Below, piece by piece: positions 62,398-64,000 of a stretch of 64,000 bases of DNA (its first letter is position 1; the number at the start of each line of letters is the position of its first letter). A program made the position numbers and the translations under genes. Below the pieces are notes generated by a model. The model saw only the letters and a program-made list of their open reading frames with translations, had not been told where the DNA came from and did no database searches. The DNA lies in the NCBI GenBank assembly GCA_020722815.1, contig DYKB01000026.1:9774-73773 (forward strand), read 5' to 3'. This stretch comes from Caldithrix sp. Lineage in GTDB: Bacteria > Zhuqueibacterota > Zhuqueibacteria > Thermofontimicrobiales > Sulfurfontimicrobiaceae.

Positions 62398-63816
62398 TTA
62401 TCCTCCGGGCATTTCTATTAAAAAAGCGGTTCCAGGTGAATGATTCTTCACTAATTCAATGTAACCACCATTAGCTTCTATCAGATTTTTGACGATGGCC
62501 AGGCCAAGTCCAACGCCTTTTTCACGCGTTGTAAAAAAGGGATCGAAAATTTTATCCTGAATTTCCACTGGAATTCCTTTGCCATTGTCAGTAAACAAAA
62601 GATGAACCTTATCGTTATGGCCAGGTTTTAATTGAAGTTTGATAACACCGCCCCCTGGCATGGCCTGAACAGCGTTCTTAATTAAATTCATCAAAATTTG
62701 CTTTAAATGCAGGGGATCAAATAAAACACGCAGATCCTGAACCTGTTTATCCTGAATTAAAATTTCCTGTAATTCACTGGCGAGAAATGAAATTGTTTCA
62801 TTCCAGACCTCTTTAAATCCACAAATTTTCGGTTGTGGCTCGGCTGGTCGGGCATAATCCAGAAAATCCTGTACGATTCGCTTTAAATTTTTAACCTCTT
62901 TCAGAATTTTCAAGGTTCGCTCACGCGTCTCACCAGAAGGAAGCTCATCCAATAAAATGCCAGCAAAAAGTTCAATACCTCCAAGTGGATTGCGAATCTC
63001 GTGCGCGACCCCGGCCAGCATGGCTTTCTGCTGCTGATCACGCTGAATAATGTTCTTCCGCATTTCTTCCAGGGTGCGCGCCAGAAAGCCGACTTCATCC
63101 GGTGTACCGGGTTTTATGATATGTTGATAATTTCCCCGACCAATTTCCTGTGCCGAATTTTGAAGCTGTTTTAAGGGGCGAATAATCTGCCGTGAAAAGA
63201 GAATCGCCAGAATGATAGCCCCGAAAACTGCCAGAATTCCCAGATTAATCAAATTTTTCCGCACATCTTGGATAACTTCAAGCGTCTGGGCGCTTCCTTC
63301 CACCCGAACGGCTGCCACAATTTTATTATTTAGCCAGATTGGGGCGTAAGCTGATTTATACAATCGACCGTCATCCCCCTCAAACAGCACTGAACTGGCA
63401 GTCTTGCCGGAAAAAGCCTGCGTCACTTCGGATTGATCAAATTTCACCTGAATATATTCCTGACCAATCGCGATCCCTGCCTGCGTGTCGCCAAGGCTCT
63501 GAAACTTGCTATTAAAAAGATAAATTCGGCGGACGGCTGCTTTACTTTGAATATTTTGTAAAAGCCGGATTAAATTGAGATAACTTCGGGTCATCTCATC
63601 CCCCGGTATCAAATTAATTAAAATCTCACCTTCAATTTGCAGCGCGACCAAACTGGCGACAATCTCAAGGTGTTTACCCAATTCCGCTTCCAGCTTGTTC
63701 CGCAATTGCCATTGCAATGAGAATCCGGCGATCAGTAAAATAATGACAACCTGAACCACAAATAGTAAAATCAGCCGCGGACCGATACTTTTTTTTACGG
63801 AGAATAATTGACTCAT
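62398..63816 (-). CDS. Sensor histidine kinase (two TM helices, ~170-aa periplasmic domain, HAMP, HisKA, HATPase)
   Basis: 472 aa. The TM helices are LILLFVVQVVIILLIAGFSL and LGILAVFGAIILAILFS. The H-box is AHEIRNPLGGI, the N box is NLIKNAVQAM and the G boxes are DNGKGIP and GVGLGLAIVKNLIEANGG. A 2-nt gap separates it from the regulator gene. Confidence 0.85.
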   Translation of the reverse strand: MSQLFSVKKSIGPRLILLFVVQVVIILLIAGFSLQWQLRNKLEAELGKHLEIVASLVALQIEGEILINLIPGDEMTRSYLNLIRLLQNIQSKAAVRRIYLFNSKFQSLGDTQAGIAIGQEYIQVKFDQSEVTQAFSGKTASSVLFEGDDGRLYKSAYAPIWLNNKIVAAVRVEGSAQTLEVIQDVRKNLINLGILAVFGAIILAILFSRQIIRPLKQLQNSAQEIGRGNYQHIIKPGTPDEVGFLARTLEEMRKNIIQRDQQQKAMLAGVAHEIRNPLGGIELFAGILLDELPSGETRERTLKILKEVKNLKRIVQDFLDYARPAEPQPKICGFKEVWNETISFLASELQEILIQDKQVQDLRVLFDPLHLKQILMNLIKNAVQAMPGGGVIKLQLKPGHNDKVHLLFTDNGKGIPVEIQDKIFDPFFTTREKGVGLGLAIVKNLIEANGGYIELVKNHSPGTAFLIEMPGG

Positions 63817-63826
63817 GATACTTGGT

Positions 63827-63963
63827 GTCTGTCCACAAATGCATCCGGTACTGTCATTGCGAGGAGCGTTTTTGGCGATGAAGCAATCTCCATCATTATA
63901 TAAGGGGATTGCTTCGGCAGAAAAACGCCTCGCAATGACAGGGTTTTGAATTTTCGGACAGAC
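63827..63963. repeat. Nested palindromic repeat, family B core (inverted orientation) inside GTCTGTCC...GGACAGAC termini
   Basis: The outer arms are gtctgtccacaaa (63827-63839) and ttttcggacagac (63951-63963). The core reads ctgtcattgcgaggagcgtttttggcgatgaagcaatctcc...ggggattgcttcggcagaaaaacgcctcgcaatgacag. Its left arm equals the reverse complement of the right arm of the 22691-22780 copy. Confidence 0.8.
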
Positions 63964-64000
63964 TCTATTTAATATAATGCAATAAACAGGCCAATATTAA

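Noticed and set aside
1-64000. Stop-codon reassignment (TGA or TAG read as Trp or Gly), considered because several in-frame TGA/TAG codons sit where Trp fits
   Set aside because: Most genes are long uninterrupted standard-code ORFs (986, 906, 759, 685 aa...) that encode Trp with TGG throughout. Both TGA and TAG appear at Trp-like positions. The affected genes also carry frameshifts and deletions. Ordinary nonsense mutations explain the data better.

Overview
AT-rich bacterial chromosomal window. It has no rRNA, CRISPR array, transposase or integrase gene, or recognisable defence system. Four proteins carry type IX secretion (T9SS) C-terminal sorting tails (NYPNPFNP...), and the TonB-dependent receptors have carboxypeptidase-regulatory-like N-termini. 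Both point to an FCB-group-like lineage, yet the promoters I could read are canonical TTGACA-17-TATAAT. Taxonomy is inference only.

Gene content, left to right:
- A SusD-less polysaccharide-utilisation-like locus: T9SS cargo proteins, two tandem TonB-dependent receptors (one frameshifted) and a LacI regulator.
- An NfeD/SPFH pair.
- A single 685-aa ORF fusing chorismate mutase, prephenate dehydratase-ACT and DAHP synthase.
- Two unassigned envelope proteins, a ferritin-like protein and a gutted radical-SAM gene.
- A hybrid sensor kinase, oxidoreductases and WbqC.
- An MrfA/MrfB-like helicase and exonuclease pair, then LysE and RsgA.
- An aminotransferase-NUDIX-ADH operon, a metallophosphoesterase with an in-frame TGA, RecJ and a TPR protein with an in-frame TGA.
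- tRNA-Val(CAC) and hisGDC preceded by a His-rich leader peptide and terminator.
- A stretch of gene fossils (C11 peptidase, GPH transporter, Ig-like domain, GH63-like hydrolase).
- More T9SS cargo, then an NtrC-type two-component system next to a cluster of lipoprotein, beta-barrel and coiled-coil genes, one of which has a sigma-54 -24/-12 promoter.

Most notable observations:
1. Many disrupted genes. Two premature stops fall at conserved Trp positions and three more are compatible with TGG-derived mutations.
2. Several families of nested palindromic intergenic repeats whose cores and termini recombine. One copy has a target-site-duplication-like flank.
3. The sigma-54 and NtrC-associated envelope cluster of uncharacterised proteins. 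This is my best candidate for an undescribed system, but the evidence is only contextual.

All calls come from reading the sequence and ORF track by eye; no searches were run.
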